DNA of 64,000 bases from Gammaproteobacteria bacterium (GCA_965215365.1 CBDCDS010000003.1:1536001-1600000), one strand, 5' to 3'. Counted from the stretch's first letter, positions 28,207-39,286 are shown. Translations and numbers: made by a program. Notes: generated from the letters alone by a model not told the origin.

Positions 28207-31200
28207 ATGAGCTACGCGCGCGCAAGCCAGTCGGCGCAACGAGGCCGCCTCACCCCGCGTAAGTCCACGCCACGCCGCCGCGCCAGCGGGCGCCTGCTCG
28301 CCGCCGCATGGGTTGCCCTGTTCGCCCTGCCGCTACTGTTCGGCCTCTCCGCTGGCGCACAGGCGCAGACGACTGTCACGTTTGCGAGCAACCTCGCCAA
28401 TTCCGCCTCAAACACCCCCAGGGATAACCGCCATTGTCAGTCGTTCACCACGGGCAGCAACAGCGGCGGCTACACGCTGTCCACCGTCGACATTGGCATA
28501 CGCACAGCAGCGGACCGGGGGACTGGCACCGTTGTCGTCATTCGTGCGGACGGAAACGGCAACCCCGGCAGCCTACGTGCAACCCTGACCAACCCGAATT
28601 CATTTGTCGGCGGTGCGAACACGTTCACCGCGCCAGCGGGCACTATGCTCGCTGCCAGCACGAAGTACTGGGTGTGCATCAACGACAGCGGCACGAATGC
28701 GTTAAAAGTTCGGGCAATCGAAAGTAGCAACCACAGCCCAACCCTCACAACGGGCTGGAGCATCAACGAGGCGAAATCCAGTCTTATGGGTAGCACTAGG
28801 TTTCAGGCTTTATCGTGGTTTATTCCCATTGCCATCAAAGGCGCTGCCGTAGCCACCACCACCGGCCCCGCCGCCCCCATGAACCTGGGGGCTGCGCCCG
28901 AAAACGAGGGGGTGCAGTTGCAATGGACGGACCCGTCGGACAACACGATCACGAAGTGGCAGTACCGTCGGCGGGACGGCGACCCCGGCACCTGGGGTGC
29001 GTGGACGGACCTGACGACCGGCAAGCTCGGCAGTACCTTGTTCGGCACGGTGAGGGGTTTGACGAACGGCACGGAGTACGACTTCGAGGTGCGGGCGGTG
29101 GCGGGGAGCACGAACGGCACGGCGGCCACGGTGAGTGCCACACCCGTCCCCCGGCCGGCCGCCCCGACCGGCCTCACAGCCACGGCGGGCAGCCAGCAGG
29201 TGGTCCTGAGCTGGACCAACCCCGGCAACGCCACCATCACCGGGTATGCGTACCAGCAACGCATAGCGGGCTCGAGCACCTGGGGGAACGAGACGGCGAT
29301 TCCCAACAGCACTGCCACCACCATCACCCACACGGTAACGGGTCTGACGAACTACACAGAATATGAGTTCCGGCTGCGGGCCATCAACCCGGCCGGGGGC
29401 ACGAATTCGGATGCCGTATCGGCCACACCCCGCCCGGACAACGCCCCGGGGCCACCGACCGACTTCACGGCGGTAGCGGGCCCGGGCGGCGGGCAGGTGA
29501 CGCTGAGCTGGACGCGTCCGAGCGGTACGATTACGAGGTACGAGTACCGGTCCCGCAGACCGGGCGGGGGCTGGTTCGGCTGGGCGGACATAAGGGGCAA
29601 TAACCGCACCACCTTCGTCGCATCCGTGGGCAACGAGCCGCTGGAATTCCAGATGCGCGCGAGGAACGGGAGCGTAAACGGCGTGTTGTCGGTCATCGTG
29701 CCGGCCACGGCGGTGGCCGCCCCGGCGGCCCCGACCAACGTGACGGCGACGGCGGGCAACGCCCAGGTCACGCTGAGCTGGGGCGACCCGTCCAACAGCA
29801 ACATCACCAAGTACCAGTACCGCCAGAAGTTGAGCAGCGCCAGTACCTGGGGGAGCTGGACGGACTTCACGGGCGGCACCACCGCGACCTCGACCAGCGG
29901 CACGGTGACCAGCCTGACCAACGGCACCGCGTACGACTTCCAGGTACGCGCCACAGCTGCCACGGACGGCACCGTGCTGGGCGCAGCCTCGGCCACGGTG
30001 AGCGCCACGCCCACGGCCACCACCGCCCCGGCGGCCCCGATGGGTTTCACCATCGACACGGGCGATACTGAGATCACCCTGAAATGGACCGACCCGAACA
30101 ACAACGCCATCACGAAGTACCAGTACCGCCGGGGCACCGGCCCGTTGAGCAGCATCACCTGGGGGAGCTGGACGGACATCCCGAACAGCGATGCCGACAC
30201 CACCGAGTACACCGTGACCGGCCTGACCAACGGCAGGCGCTATTACTTCGAGGTGCGCGCCGTGGTCGGCACGACGCTCGGCACCGCCACGGCCCCCACC
30301 GCGATCACCCCCGTGGACAAACCCGCCGCCCCGACGAACCTCAAAGCCGCAGGGGGCGCCACCGCAGTGACCCTGAGCTGGACCAACCCCAGCAACGCCA
30401 CCATCACCGGCTATGAGTACCGCCAACGCGCACTCAACCCCGACTCCACTCTCCTGGGGGATTGGGGGAACTGGATGGCCATCGCGAACAGCGATGACGA
30501 CACCATCTCCCACGCAGTGACGGGTCTGACGAACTACACGCGATACCAGTTCCAGCTGCGCGCGGTGGGCTTGTCGGGGAACGGCACCGCGTCGCAAAGT
30601 GTGGGCGCAACCCCGCGCCCGGCGGGCGCGCCCGACGCGCCGAGGAATTTCGCCAGCTCTTCGGGCGATACCGAGATAGATCTCGAATGGGCCGATCCGT
30701 CCAACAGCGCCATCACGAAGTACCAGTACCGGCAGGGGACGTCCAGCCTTCTTATGATCACCTGGGGGAACTGGACGGACATTCCGTCGAGCAACGCGAA
30801 CACCACCGAATACACGGTGACCGGGCTGACCAACGGTGCGCGGTACTTGTTCGAGGTGCGCGCGGTGGCGGGGACGGTGAACGGTGTGGCAACGAGCTAT
30901 GTGCTCGGGACACCGGCCCCCGTTCCGGATCAGCCCGCCGGGCTGAGTGCCGCGCCGGGCGACGGGCAGGTCGCCCTGAGCTGGAACGACCCGTCCGACA
31001 GCACCATCGACTACTACTTCTACCAGGTCCGTACGGGCAGCAGCTGGGGGGATATCCAGCTCTTCGGCTCCGACAGTACCACGACCCACACGGTGACGGG
31101 GCTGACGAACGGCACGGAGTACGGTTTCCGGATCTCCGCCGCGAATGGCTCAGGTAACAGCCCGGCCTCGGCCGTCGTGACCGCGACGCCTTTGGACGCG

Positions 31201-34200
31201 AACGCCGCGGCGGCGCCGGCCGGTTTCAGCGCGGCCACAGGATCATCCAGTGGGGAGGTGGACTTGAGCTGGACGGATCCGTCCAACAGCGCCATTACCA
31301 AATGGCAGGTCCGTTACGGGCCGAGTCCGTCGGGGGGCAGCACCACCTGGGGGGCGTGGGCGGACATCTCGAGCAGCAGCGCGACCACCGCCTCCCACAC
31401 GGTGACCGGCCTGACCGGCGCTACGCGTTACGCTTTTCAGGTGCGCGCGGTGACCGGGACTTCGGTGTTCGGCGCGGCCTCGGCCGCGATGACCGCGACG
31501 CCCACGTCCCCCCTCCCGGCCGCCCTGACCCTGTCCGTCACGCTGCGCTCTGGAGAGGTCAATGTCATGTGGACCGATCCGGGTGATCCCAGCATCACCA
31601 GGTACGAGCTCCAGCAACGCGCAGTCGGCGGTAACTGGGGCGCTACGGTGCCTCTCCTCCGCACTTGGCTCTCTACCCTTCGCACCGGCCTGACCAACGG
31701 CACGGACTACGAGTTCCGGCTGCGCGCGGTCAACGCGACGGGGGACGGCCCGTGGTCGTCTGTGACCGCCACCCCGCTGGCCACGAACGCCCCGGCCAAG
31801 CCCACCGCGCTGACGGCCACGGCGGGCGACACCGAGGCCACCTTGAGCTGGACCGCCCCGTCCGGCACGATTACCGGCTATCAAATCCGCCGGGGCACCG
31901 GCGACGACCCGGTCACTTGGGGCACGTGGGGCGCCATGCCCGGCAGCACCTCGAGCACCGCCACCTACACCGTGACCAACCTGACCAACGCCACCACCTA
32001 CAGCTTCCAAATCCGTGCCGTGAACAATGCGGTGCTCGGTGCCACCTCAGACACCGTCACTGCCACGCCGGCCACCCCCGCCGGTCTGACCTTCGACCCC
32101 ACCGCGCTGACCGTCACCGAAGGGAACAACGCCACCTACACCGTCGTCCTCAACGCCGTGCCCACAGCCAGCGTCACGGTGACCATCGCCAGTGACAACA
32201 GCGATGTCACGGTCGATACCAACACTGGCATGAACGGCAACCAGAATACCCTGACCTTCACCACCGGCAACTGGAGTACGGCCCAAACCGTCACCGTCAC
32301 CGCCGGCCAGGACAACGACACCACCAACGACACCGCCACGCTCACGCACACGGCCAGCGGCGGCGGCTACGGCAGTGTCACCGGCAGTCTGACCGTTACC
32401 GTCACCGATGACGACAGCGCCGGTGTCACCACCACCGCCACCGCCACCACCGCCACCGAGGGCAGCACCACGGCCACAGCCACCTTCACGGTGGTACTCG
32501 ACACGCAGCCGTCGCACACCGTCACCGTCACCGTCACCGCGCCCACGGGCTTAACCCTCGACGGCCCGGACAGCGCCATCGCCTTCACCTCCAGCGAGGC
32601 GCTGACCTTCACCGACAGCACCTGGAGCACCGCCCAGACCGTCACCGTGCGCGCACCTGATGACAGCACCGACAGCCCCAGCGGTCGGGAACTGACCGTC
32701 ACCTACGCCACCGCCTCGACCGACAGCGACTACGGTAACCTGACCGGCATGGCCGCCACCGTCACCGTCACGGATAATGACGCCACCACAGTGACCTTGG
32801 CCGGTAGTGCCGGGGATGTGACCGAGGGCAACACGAAGACCTTCACGGTGACCTTAGGGCGCGGCCTGGTGAACGGCGAGACGCTGGCGGTACCGCTGGC
32901 TTTTACCGGCACCGCGACGCGGGGCACAGACTACATGACGGCGTGTCCGACCACGCTGCCGACCGGGGTGACCTGCAACGACCTCGACGATACGAGCCTG
33001 ACCCCCACGGTGACCTTCACCGGGGCGAGCGGGAGCACGACGGACGCCACGGTGACGCTGACCTTAACTGCGACCACCGACAGCACCGCCGAGACGGGCG
33101 GCGAGACAGTCGTCATTGGCTTTGGCACGCTGTCGGCCACCGGCTTAGAGGGCGGCACGAGCACCACCGACAGCCTGGCGGACTTTAAGATTACTGACCC
33201 GGACACCACCGCCCCGACCGTAACGATTACCGACGTACCTGAGAAAATTAACGACCGCGACCCGTTCACGGTGACGTTCACCTTCTCCGAAGACGTCACC
33301 GACTTCGTCACCGGCGATGTCAGCGTCACCAACGCCGACAAAAGCAACTTCGCCGGCAGTGGCGATAGCTACACCCTCACCGTCACCCCCAACGCCAGCG
33401 ATGATGTGACGGTCACGGTCGCCGCCAATGCCGCCACCGATGGTGTGAACACCGGCCCGGCCAGTGATGAGGTTGCGACCGCCACCTGGGACTCCACCGC
33501 CCCGACGCTGGACATCACCGGCATTCCGGCCAAGATTAAAGACACCACTGCGCTCACCGCGACCTTCACTTTCTCCGAGGCCGTCACTGAGTTTGTCAAG
33601 GGCGACATTACCGTCACCGGCGGCACGGCGGGCACCTTCTCCGGTAGCGGCCGCAGCTATACCTTAGCCATCACCCCCACCAGTGGCTCGAATGTCGTCG
33701 TCACCGTCGCCGCCAATGCCGCCACCGATGGCGTGAACACCGGCCCGGCCAGTGATGAGGTTGCGACCGCCACCTGGGACTCCACCGCCCCGACGCTGGA
33801 CATCACCGGCATTCCGGCCAAGATTAAAGACACCACTGCGCTCACCGCGACCTTCACTTTCTCCGAGGCCGTCACTGAGTTTGTCAAGGGCGACATTACC
33901 GTCACCGGCGGCACGGCGGGCACCTTCTCCGGTAGCGGCCGCAGCTATACCTTAGCCATCACCCCCACCAGTGGCTCGAATGTCGTCGTCACCGTCGCCG
34001 CCAATGCCGCCACCGATGGCGTGAACACCGGCCCGGCCAGTGATGAGGTTGCGACCGCCACCTGGGACTCCACCGCCCCGACGTTAAGCATCACCGGCGT
34101 GCCCGCTGAGATTCTCACCCGCGACCCGTTCGAGGTGACGTTTACCTTCTCCGAAGACGTCACCGGCTTTGCCGACGGCGACATCACCGTCACCAACGCA

Positions 34201-37200
34201 GCTAAGAGCAACTTCACCGGCAGTGGCAGCAGTTACACCCTCACCGTCACCCCCAACGCCAACGCCGATGTGACCGTCACCGTCGCCGCCGATGCCGCCA
34301 GTGACGGTATTAACACCGGCCCGGCCAGTGCCGAGACTGAGACCGCGAGCTGGGATGTGGATGTCGCCTTTGCCTCAGGGACCGCCAGCGTCACCGAAGC
34401 GGCCAATGCCGAGGTGTCCCTGACCGTCACGCTGACCTCGGCGCGCAGTGCGGCGACGACGGTTTTTGTTCAATACCAGAACATCACCGCCACGCGCGCC
34501 GGCAATGCCGACTACACCGGTAGCCCGACCTCGGTGACCGTCCCCGCCGGGGACACTAGCGCCACGCTGACCATCCCCATTACCAACGATGATGCCACCG
34601 AGTCCACCGAGACCTTCTTAGTGCGCCTGCTCCCTGATCGACTGCCGACCGGCGTCACCTTAGGCAGCCCGACCTCGGTGACCGTGACCATCACCGATGA
34701 TGACGACCCGCCGCCGGCACCGGGTGCGCCCGCCGGCTTGAGCGCCGCCGCCGGCGATACGCAAGTGGTACTCACCTGGACGGATCCGTCCAACGCCGAC
34801 ATCACCGCTTGGGAAGTACGCCAGGGTACGGGCAGTCCTGTGAGCTGGGACGATTGGACGGCGATTGCCAACAGCACGGCCACGACCACGACGCACACCG
34901 TCACCGGCCTGACCAACGGCACGGCTTACAGCTTTGAGCTGCGCGCCAAAGCCGGCACGGTCACTGGCACGGCCTCCGGTACTGTGACCGCCACGCCGGC
35001 GGCCACCCCCACGGTGGCGCTGTCGGCCTCGGCCACTACGGTCACCGAAGGCGGCAGTGCTGTGACTATTACCGCCACCCGCAGCGCAGCGAACACCTCG
35101 GGCAGCGCGCTGAGTATTCCCATTGCCGTGAAGACCGCCGACACCACCGCCGGGGCCGAGGATTATACGTTAGCCGCCACCACGATTAGTCTCCCCAATA
35201 ACGCCACCACCGGCACGACCACCCTCACGGCCACGACCGACAGTACCGATGAGCCCTATAACACCGAGGCCGTGGTCATCGAATTAGGCACGCCGCCCGC
35301 CGGCACCAACAAGGGCAGTCCCGCCGAGGTGACCGTCACCCTCATTGACAACAACGCCACCACCGTGACGCTAGCTGCCACCGCCGGGGATATCACCGAA
35401 GGCGCCACTAAGACCTTTACCGTCACCTCAGCGCGCGCCCTAGTCGCCGGCGAGGTGCTGCCGGTGCCGCTGACCTTCACCGGTACGGCCACCCGCAACA
35501 CCGACTACACCGTAGCTTGTCCGGCCACCCTGCCCACCGGGGTGAGCTGTAACAACCTCAATACTGCCGCCACCCCCACCGTGACCTTCACCGGCCCGGC
35601 CGCTATGGCCGTGACCGTCACGCTGACGAGCACCACGGACAGTACCACCGAGAGCGGCGGTGAGACCGTGGATATTGGTTTGGGCACACTCAATGCCAGC
35701 TCCGGCACGAACTTAGGCGGCGGTGCTGCCGGTACGGACAACTTAGACACCTTCACTATCAATGACCCGCCCGCCGCCGGCGCGCTGGCATTGACCTTAG
35801 CCCCCATCGCCACAGACAACACCGTGAACATCGCCGAGAAGGCCGCCGGCTTTACCATTACCGGCACCACCGGCAGTGAGTCCGGCGCATCCGTCACGGT
35901 AGTCGTGGGGACACAGACCTTCACGGCTGTGACCTCCGACAGCACCGGTGCCTGGTCGGTGAGTGTGCCGCCCGCTGCCACCTACATCACCGGCACCTCG
36001 GTGACCGTCACCGTCAATGCCACCAAGAACGGCTTTACTGCCGCCAGCGAAGTCACGCGCGCGTTGACGATAGACATCACCCCTCCCACGGCCCCCACCT
36101 ACACCGCACCGGGCAGCTTGCAGGTGGGCGTAGCGCTCACGGCCATTGCCCCCTCCGGCGGCAGTGATATTAAGTCCACGGACGGCTATAGCATCACCGG
36201 CCAGCCCGCCGGCCTGACGATAAACGCCAATACCGGTGCCATCAGTGGCACACCGACCACGGCTAATACTGCCACCGCCGCCGCCACGGTGACCGTCCGG
36301 GACGCCGCCGGCAACCCCGCCGATGTCTCCATTACCTTCCCGGCGGTGGCTAAGGGCACACAAACCTTAACGGGCTTTGCTTACAGCTCAGCCACGGCCA
36401 CCGTGGGCGGCAGTGCGCCGACGCTGACTGCGCCCACCGGCAACCGGGGCGCACTGAGCTACGGCACCACCAGCGCCGGCACTATCTGCACCGTCGCCAC
36501 CGATGGGACGCTGACCTTAGTCGGCGCCGGTACCTGTGTCATTACCGCCACGGCTGCGCAAACCGCCAACTACAACGAAGCCACTGCTACGTTTACGGTG
36601 ACCATCAGCGCCGGCGGCGGTGGCGTCACCCCCCAGCAGCCCGAGCCGCAGCCCGAGCCGCAGCCCGAGCCGCAGCCTGAGCCGACACCGCCGACACCGC
36701 CGGCAACGCCGACAACGCCGACAACACCGGCAACGCCGACAACACCGACAACGCCGACAACACCGCCGCCGGCACCCACACCCGTGTCCACCCCGGCCAC
36801 CGATGCGGCCTTAACGCTCACTGCCGGCGCGCCGCTCACCGCCCCCGGCACGACGGCCCCGGCGCCCAACTTGCTGTTGACCTTAGCCGCGCCGATGGAA
36901 GCAATAAAGACCCCGGACGACCCCGGCGAGGACGCGCCGGGTGAGGACACCGGCGATGATACCGGCGATATGGACGATGCCGTCCCGGCACCGGCCCCGG
37001 TCCCGGCCATGGCCCCGCCGCAGCGCCGCTATGACGTGCGGTTAGCGACCCGCCCGAGCGGCCCGGTCACCTTAGTGGCAACTAGCTCAGATCCGAACAT
37101 CGCCACCGTCAGTGCTGCCGTGCAGTTCACGGTGGCTGATTGGACGGTGCCGCAAGGCATTACCGTCACCGCCTTGGCTCCGGGCTGGGTGGGCATTACC

Positions 37201-39285
37201 CATCGCCTGCAAGGCGGCGGTTATGACGGGCAGACGCTCCCTGAGCTGATCGTGCGCGTGGGTGATGGCGGCACGGACCCGCGCAAAGACTCCCCGCGCA
37301 ACGCCGACCCGGCCGCCGCGCTGGGCATTGTCAATGAGGAGTCCCCCGCAGCCCCTGCCGAGGGTACCGACCGCGACGATGCGCCGGCGGACGGTGACTC
37401 CGCCGATAGTGACTCCGCCGATGGCGATGGTGCCGAGGCACCTACCGACGGTGACTCCGCTGACGGTGATGGCGACGATACGCCTAGCGACGATGACTCC
37501 GCCGACACCGACGCACCCGCTGTCCCCGCCACCCCGGTCACTGAGTCCGACACGCAACCCCCCGTACCCGCTGCCGCCCCCACCCCGGCGTTGCTGCCGG
37601 CCGGGACTTTGGCCACCTTGGCGCGTGGGCAGCTCAGCGCCGCCCAGGCCGTACTGGGCGCCCGCCTGAGCGCCGCCCCCGGTGCCGAGCGTCTCACTGT
37701 AGCCGGGCGCACGCTGTCGTTAGCAGCACTGCTCGGGAGCGACACCGCCGGTCTTGACACCGCCGCGCCCCGTGATTTGACGACCTTAGCCGTCCCCGGT
37801 GTGCCGGGCTTGTCCTGGGCGCAGGCCACCGGGCAGTGTGCCTCCTGGACACAGACTGACTGCGCCACCCCGACCGGGGAGGGTACCGAGTCGCCCCACA
37901 CCGGTGCCCCGGCCGGGATGTGGGAGACTTTAGTCTATCAATTCTTAAGCGGCCAGTTACGCAGTGCGGGCCTCAGCGCGGCACTGTGGCAGGACAGTGG
38001 GTTTGCTTTGGACCTCAGTGCCGGCGGTGACGGCACCGATGGGACCCCGCCCGGGCGGCGTTGGACGCTGTGGGGACAAGGTCAGGTGCAGGGCTTAACG
38101 GATTTACCCGCAGAGTTAGGGGGTGCTGGTGCCCAGCGCACCGGCTATCTGGGGTTGGACACTGCTTTAGGCGAGCGGGGTCGGGTCGGGCTGGCGCTCT
38201 CGCACAGCTTCGATGCCAGTGCCTTACGCACGGTACACCCGTATCTGTCTATCACCCACGGTGCTACCCGCATAGCCGTGCTGGGCGGGGTCGGGCACAG
38301 CACCGGGACGGCAACCCCTGCCCGCCGCCCGAGTGAGTCTGATACGGCCCGCCGGGCGGCCTCCCCGGCGTGGCATGAAACCTTGCGTGCCGCGCCGTTA
38401 CGGCTGCACTTCGGGCGGGTGGATGTGGCTCACCCGTTAGCCACCGTTGCCGGTTTGACGGTCGATGCCCGCGTAGATGCTGCCTGGGCGCGCCTAGTGC
38501 GTCTTAATGAGGCCGGGCGCGCCTTTCAGGGTGAGACCGTGCGCACCGTGCGTGCCGGGCTCAGTGCCACCGGGACGCAGGTGACACTGCCGGCCGTGTC
38601 GGGCTTAGCGCTCAGCCCGACGTTCGCCGTGCGCCTGCGCGAGGATGCCGGTGCGGATGTGTCCGGGCGCGCCTTGGCGCTCGATGGTGCCCTCGATGCC
38701 CGCTATGCGCCCTGGCGCCTCACGCTCGGCGGTCACTGGCTCACCCGGCGCAGTGTGCGCGGGGGGCGTGAGCAGGGCGCCCGTGCTACGGTTGCCCACG
38801 GTCAGGCCGGGCAGGTGGGACCCTTCGTCAGTGTCACGGCCCGTTGGGGTGACCATGCCGGGGGCGGTGAGTCCCTGTGGGGCGAGCGCTTTGACTATCG
38901 CGCCCACACCACCGCCACCGCCCGGGCTTGGACGTTCGAGGCGCGCGGCGGTTATGGCTGGGCGCTCACGCCCACGCTGCGCTTAGACAGCGCCGTGCAG
39001 CTGCGCCACGATACCACTGGGGCCGGTGCCCTGTGGACGTTCGAGCTGCGCCCGGCCACCTCCGGCAGCACGCCGGCGGCCTCGGGCGCACCGAGCGCCC
39101 TGAGCCCGGGGCGCGCCAGCGTATCGCCGGTCAGCGCCGCTGCGACCGCCGCCCGCCCGACACCGCCCACAGCCCACCCGCCCGCCGGCGTTATAGTCCA
39201 CCCGCCCGCCGGCGTTATAGTCCACCCGCCCGCCGGCGTCATGGCTCACCCGCCCGCCGCCCCCGTGGCCCACCCGGAGCACTGA
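28207..39285 (+). CDS. Giant surface adhesin-like protein (signal peptide, ~12 Fn3, Calx-beta/Ig-like repeats, Pro-rich linker, autotransporter-like C-terminal region)
   Basis: Signal peptide ending AGAQA; PAAP..L.W..P..Y.Y...GLTNG..Y.F.VRA Fn3 repeats; TFTFSE Ig-like repeats; TITDDD Calx-beta; W..WGQG/GYLGLD/GGYGW barrel-like motifs. Confidence 0.85.
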   Translation: MSYARASQSAQRGRLTPRKSTPRRRASGRLLAAAWVALFALPLLFGLSAGAQAQTTVTFASNLANSASNTPRDNRHCQSFTTGSNSGGYTLSTVDIGIRTAADRGTGTVVVIRADGNGNPGSLRATLTNPNSFVGGANTFTAPAGTMLAASTKYWVCINDSGTNALKVRAIESSNHSPTLTTGWSINEAKSSLMGSTRFQALSWFIPIAIKGAAVATTTGPAAPMNLGAAPENEGVQLQWTDPSDNTITKWQYRRRDGDPGTWGAWTDLTTGKLGSTLFGTVRGLTNGTEYDFEVRAVAGSTNGTAATVSATPVPRPAAPTGLTATAGSQQVVLSWTNPGNATITGYAYQQRIAGSSTWGNETAIPNSTATTITHTVTGLTNYTEYEFRLRAINPAGGTNSDAVSATPRPDNAPGPPTDFTAVAGPGGGQVTLSWTRPSGTITRYEYRSRRPGGGWFGWADIRGNNRTTFVASVGNEPLEFQMRARNGSVNGVLSVIVPATAVAAPAAPTNVTATAGNAQVTLSWGDPSNSNITKYQYRQKLSSASTWGSWTDFTGGTTATSTSGTVTSLTNGTAYDFQVRATAATDGTVLGAASATVSATPTATTAPAAPMGFTIDTGDTEITLKWTDPNNNAITKYQYRRGTGPLSSITWGSWTDIPNSDADTTEYTVTGLTNGRRYYFEVRAVVGTTLGTATAPTAITPVDKPAAPTNLKAAGGATAVTLSWTNPSNATITGYEYRQRALNPDSTLLGDWGNWMAIANSDDDTISHAVTGLTNYTRYQFQLRAVGLSGNGTASQSVGATPRPAGAPDAPRNFASSSGDTEIDLEWADPSNSAITKYQYRQGTSSLLMITWGNWTDIPSSNANTTEYTVTGLTNGARYLFEVRAVAGTVNGVATSYVLGTPAPVPDQPAGLSAAPGDGQVALSWNDPSDSTIDYYFYQVRTGSSWGDIQLFGSDSTTTHTVTGLTNGTEYGFRISAANGSGNSPASAVVTATPLDANAAAAPAGFSAATGSSSGEVDLSWTDPSNSAITKWQVRYGPSPSGGSTTWGAWADISSSSATTASHTVTGLTGATRYAFQVRAVTGTSVFGAASAAMTATPTSPLPAALTLSVTLRSGEVNVMWTDPGDPSITRYELQQRAVGGNWGATVPLLRTWLSTLRTGLTNGTDYEFRLRAVNATGDGPWSSVTATPLATNAPAKPTALTATAGDTEATLSWTAPSGTITGYQIRRGTGDDPVTWGTWGAMPGSTSSTATYTVTNLTNATTYSFQIRAVNNAVLGATSDTVTATPATPAGLTFDPTALTVTEGNNATYTVVLNAVPTASVTVTIASDNSDVTVDTNTGMNGNQNTLTFTTGNWSTAQTVTVTAGQDNDTTNDTATLTHTASGGGYGSVTGSLTVTVTDDDSAGVTTTATATTATEGSTTATATFTVVLDTQPSHTVTVTVTAPTGLTLDGPDSAIAFTSSEALTFTDSTWSTAQTVTVRAPDDSTDSPSGRELTVTYATASTDSDYGNLTGMAATVTVTDNDATTVTLAGSAGDVTEGNTKTFTVTLGRGLVNGETLAVPLAFTGTATRGTDYMTACPTTLPTGVTCNDLDDTSLTPTVTFTGASGSTTDATVTLTLTATTDSTAETGGETVVIGFGTLSATGLEGGTSTTDSLADFKITDPDTTAPTVTITDVPEKINDRDPFTVTFTFSEDVTDFVTGDVSVTNADKSNFAGSGDSYTLTVTPNASDDVTVTVAANAATDGVNTGPASDEVATATWDSTAPTLDITGIPAKIKDTTALTATFTFSEAVTEFVKGDITVTGGTAGTFSGSGRSYTLAITPTSGSNVVVTVAANAATDGVNTGPASDEVATATWDSTAPTLDITGIPAKIKDTTALTATFTFSEAVTEFVKGDITVTGGTAGTFSGSGRSYTLAITPTSGSNVVVTVAANAATDGVNTGPASDEVATATWDSTAPTLSITGVPAEILTRDPFEVTFTFSEDVTGFADGDITVTNAAKSNFTGSGSSYTLTVTPNANADVTVTVAADAASDGINTGPASAETETASWDVDVAFASGTASVTEAANAEVSLTVTLTSARSAATTVFVQYQNITATRAGNADYTGSPTSVTVPAGDTSATLTIPITNDDATESTETFLVRLLPDRLPTGVTLGSPTSVTVTITDDDDPPPAPGAPAGLSAAAGDTQVVLTWTDPSNADITAWEVRQGTGSPVSWDDWTAIANSTATTTTHTVTGLTNGTAYSFELRAKAGTVTGTASGTVTATPAATPTVALSASATTVTEGGSAVTITATRSAANTSGSALSIPIAVKTADTTAGAEDYTLAATTISLPNNATTGTTTLTATTDSTDEPYNTEAVVIELGTPPAGTNKGSPAEVTVTLIDNNATTVTLAATAGDITEGATKTFTVTSARALVAGEVLPVPLTFTGTATRNTDYTVACPATLPTGVSCNNLNTAATPTVTFTGPAAMAVTVTLTSTTDSTTESGGETVDIGLGTLNASSGTNLGGGAAGTDNLDTFTINDPPAAGALALTLAPIATDNTVNIAEKAAGFTITGTTGSESGASVTVVVGTQTFTAVTSDSTGAWSVSVPPAATYITGTSVTVTVNATKNGFTAASEVTRALTIDITPPTAPTYTAPGSLQVGVALTAIAPSGGSDIKSTDGYSITGQPAGLTINANTGAISGTPTTANTATAAATVTVRDAAGNPADVSITFPAVAKGTQTLTGFAYSSATATVGGSAPTLTAPTGNRGALSYGTTSAGTICTVATDGTLTLVGAGTCVITATAAQTANYNEATATFTVTISAGGGGVTPQQPEPQPEPQPEPQPEPTPPTPPATPTTPTTPATPTTPTTPTTPPPAPTPVSTPATDAALTLTAGAPLTAPGTTAPAPNLLLTLAAPMEAIKTPDDPGEDAPGEDTGDDTGDMDDAVPAPAPVPAMAPPQRRYDVRLATRPSGPVTLVATSSDPNIATVSAAVQFTVADWTVPQGITVTALAPGWVGITHRLQGGGYDGQTLPELIVRVGDGGTDPRKDSPRNADPAAALGIVNEESPAAPAEGTDRDDAPADGDSADSDSADGDGAEAPTDGDSADGDGDDTPSDDDSADTDAPAVPATPVTESDTQPPVPAAAPTPALLPAGTLATLARGQLSAAQAVLGARLSAAPGAERLTVAGRTLSLAALLGSDTAGLDTAAPRDLTTLAVPGVPGLSWAQATGQCASWTQTDCATPTGEGTESPHTGAPAGMWETLVYQFLSGQLRSAGLSAALWQDSGFALDLSAGGDGTDGTPPGRRWTLWGQGQVQGLTDLPAELGGAGAQRTGYLGLDTALGERGRVGLALSHSFDASALRTVHPYLSITHGATRIAVLGGVGHSTGTATPARRPSESDTARRAASPAWHETLRAAPLRLHFGRVDVAHPLATVAGLTVDARVDAAWARLVRLNEAGRAFQGETVRTVRAGLSATGTQVTLPAVSGLALSPTFAVRLREDAGADVSGRALALDGALDARYAPWRLTLGGHWLTRRSVRGGREQGARATVAHGQAGQVGPFVSVTARWGDHAGGGESLWGERFDYRAHTTATARAWTFEARGGYGWALTPTLRLDSAVQLRHDTTGAGALWTFELRPATSGSTPAASGAPSALSPGRASVSPVSAAATAARPTPPTAHPPAGVIVHPPAGVIVHPPAGVMAHPPAAPVAHPEH
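33421..34083 (+). repeat. Intragenic 288-bp tandem repeat (~2.3 copies) encoding 96-aa Ig-like domains
   Basis: Units start at 33421, 33709 and 33997; essentially identical DNA. Confidence 0.93.
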
Positions 39286-39286
39286 C

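Noticed and set aside
27957-28262. ORFs with SRTAAQPH / AAVRLCGC repeats on both strands
   Set aside because: Translations of the 8-bp SSR in open frames; not independent genes (the plus-strand one is only relevant as the OFF-phase product).
28803-38986. Long antisense and alternative-frame ORFs within the adhesin (e.g. 759 aa at 28810-31089)
   Set aside because: Shadow ORFs expected from GC-rich, biased codon usage; no recognisable domains.
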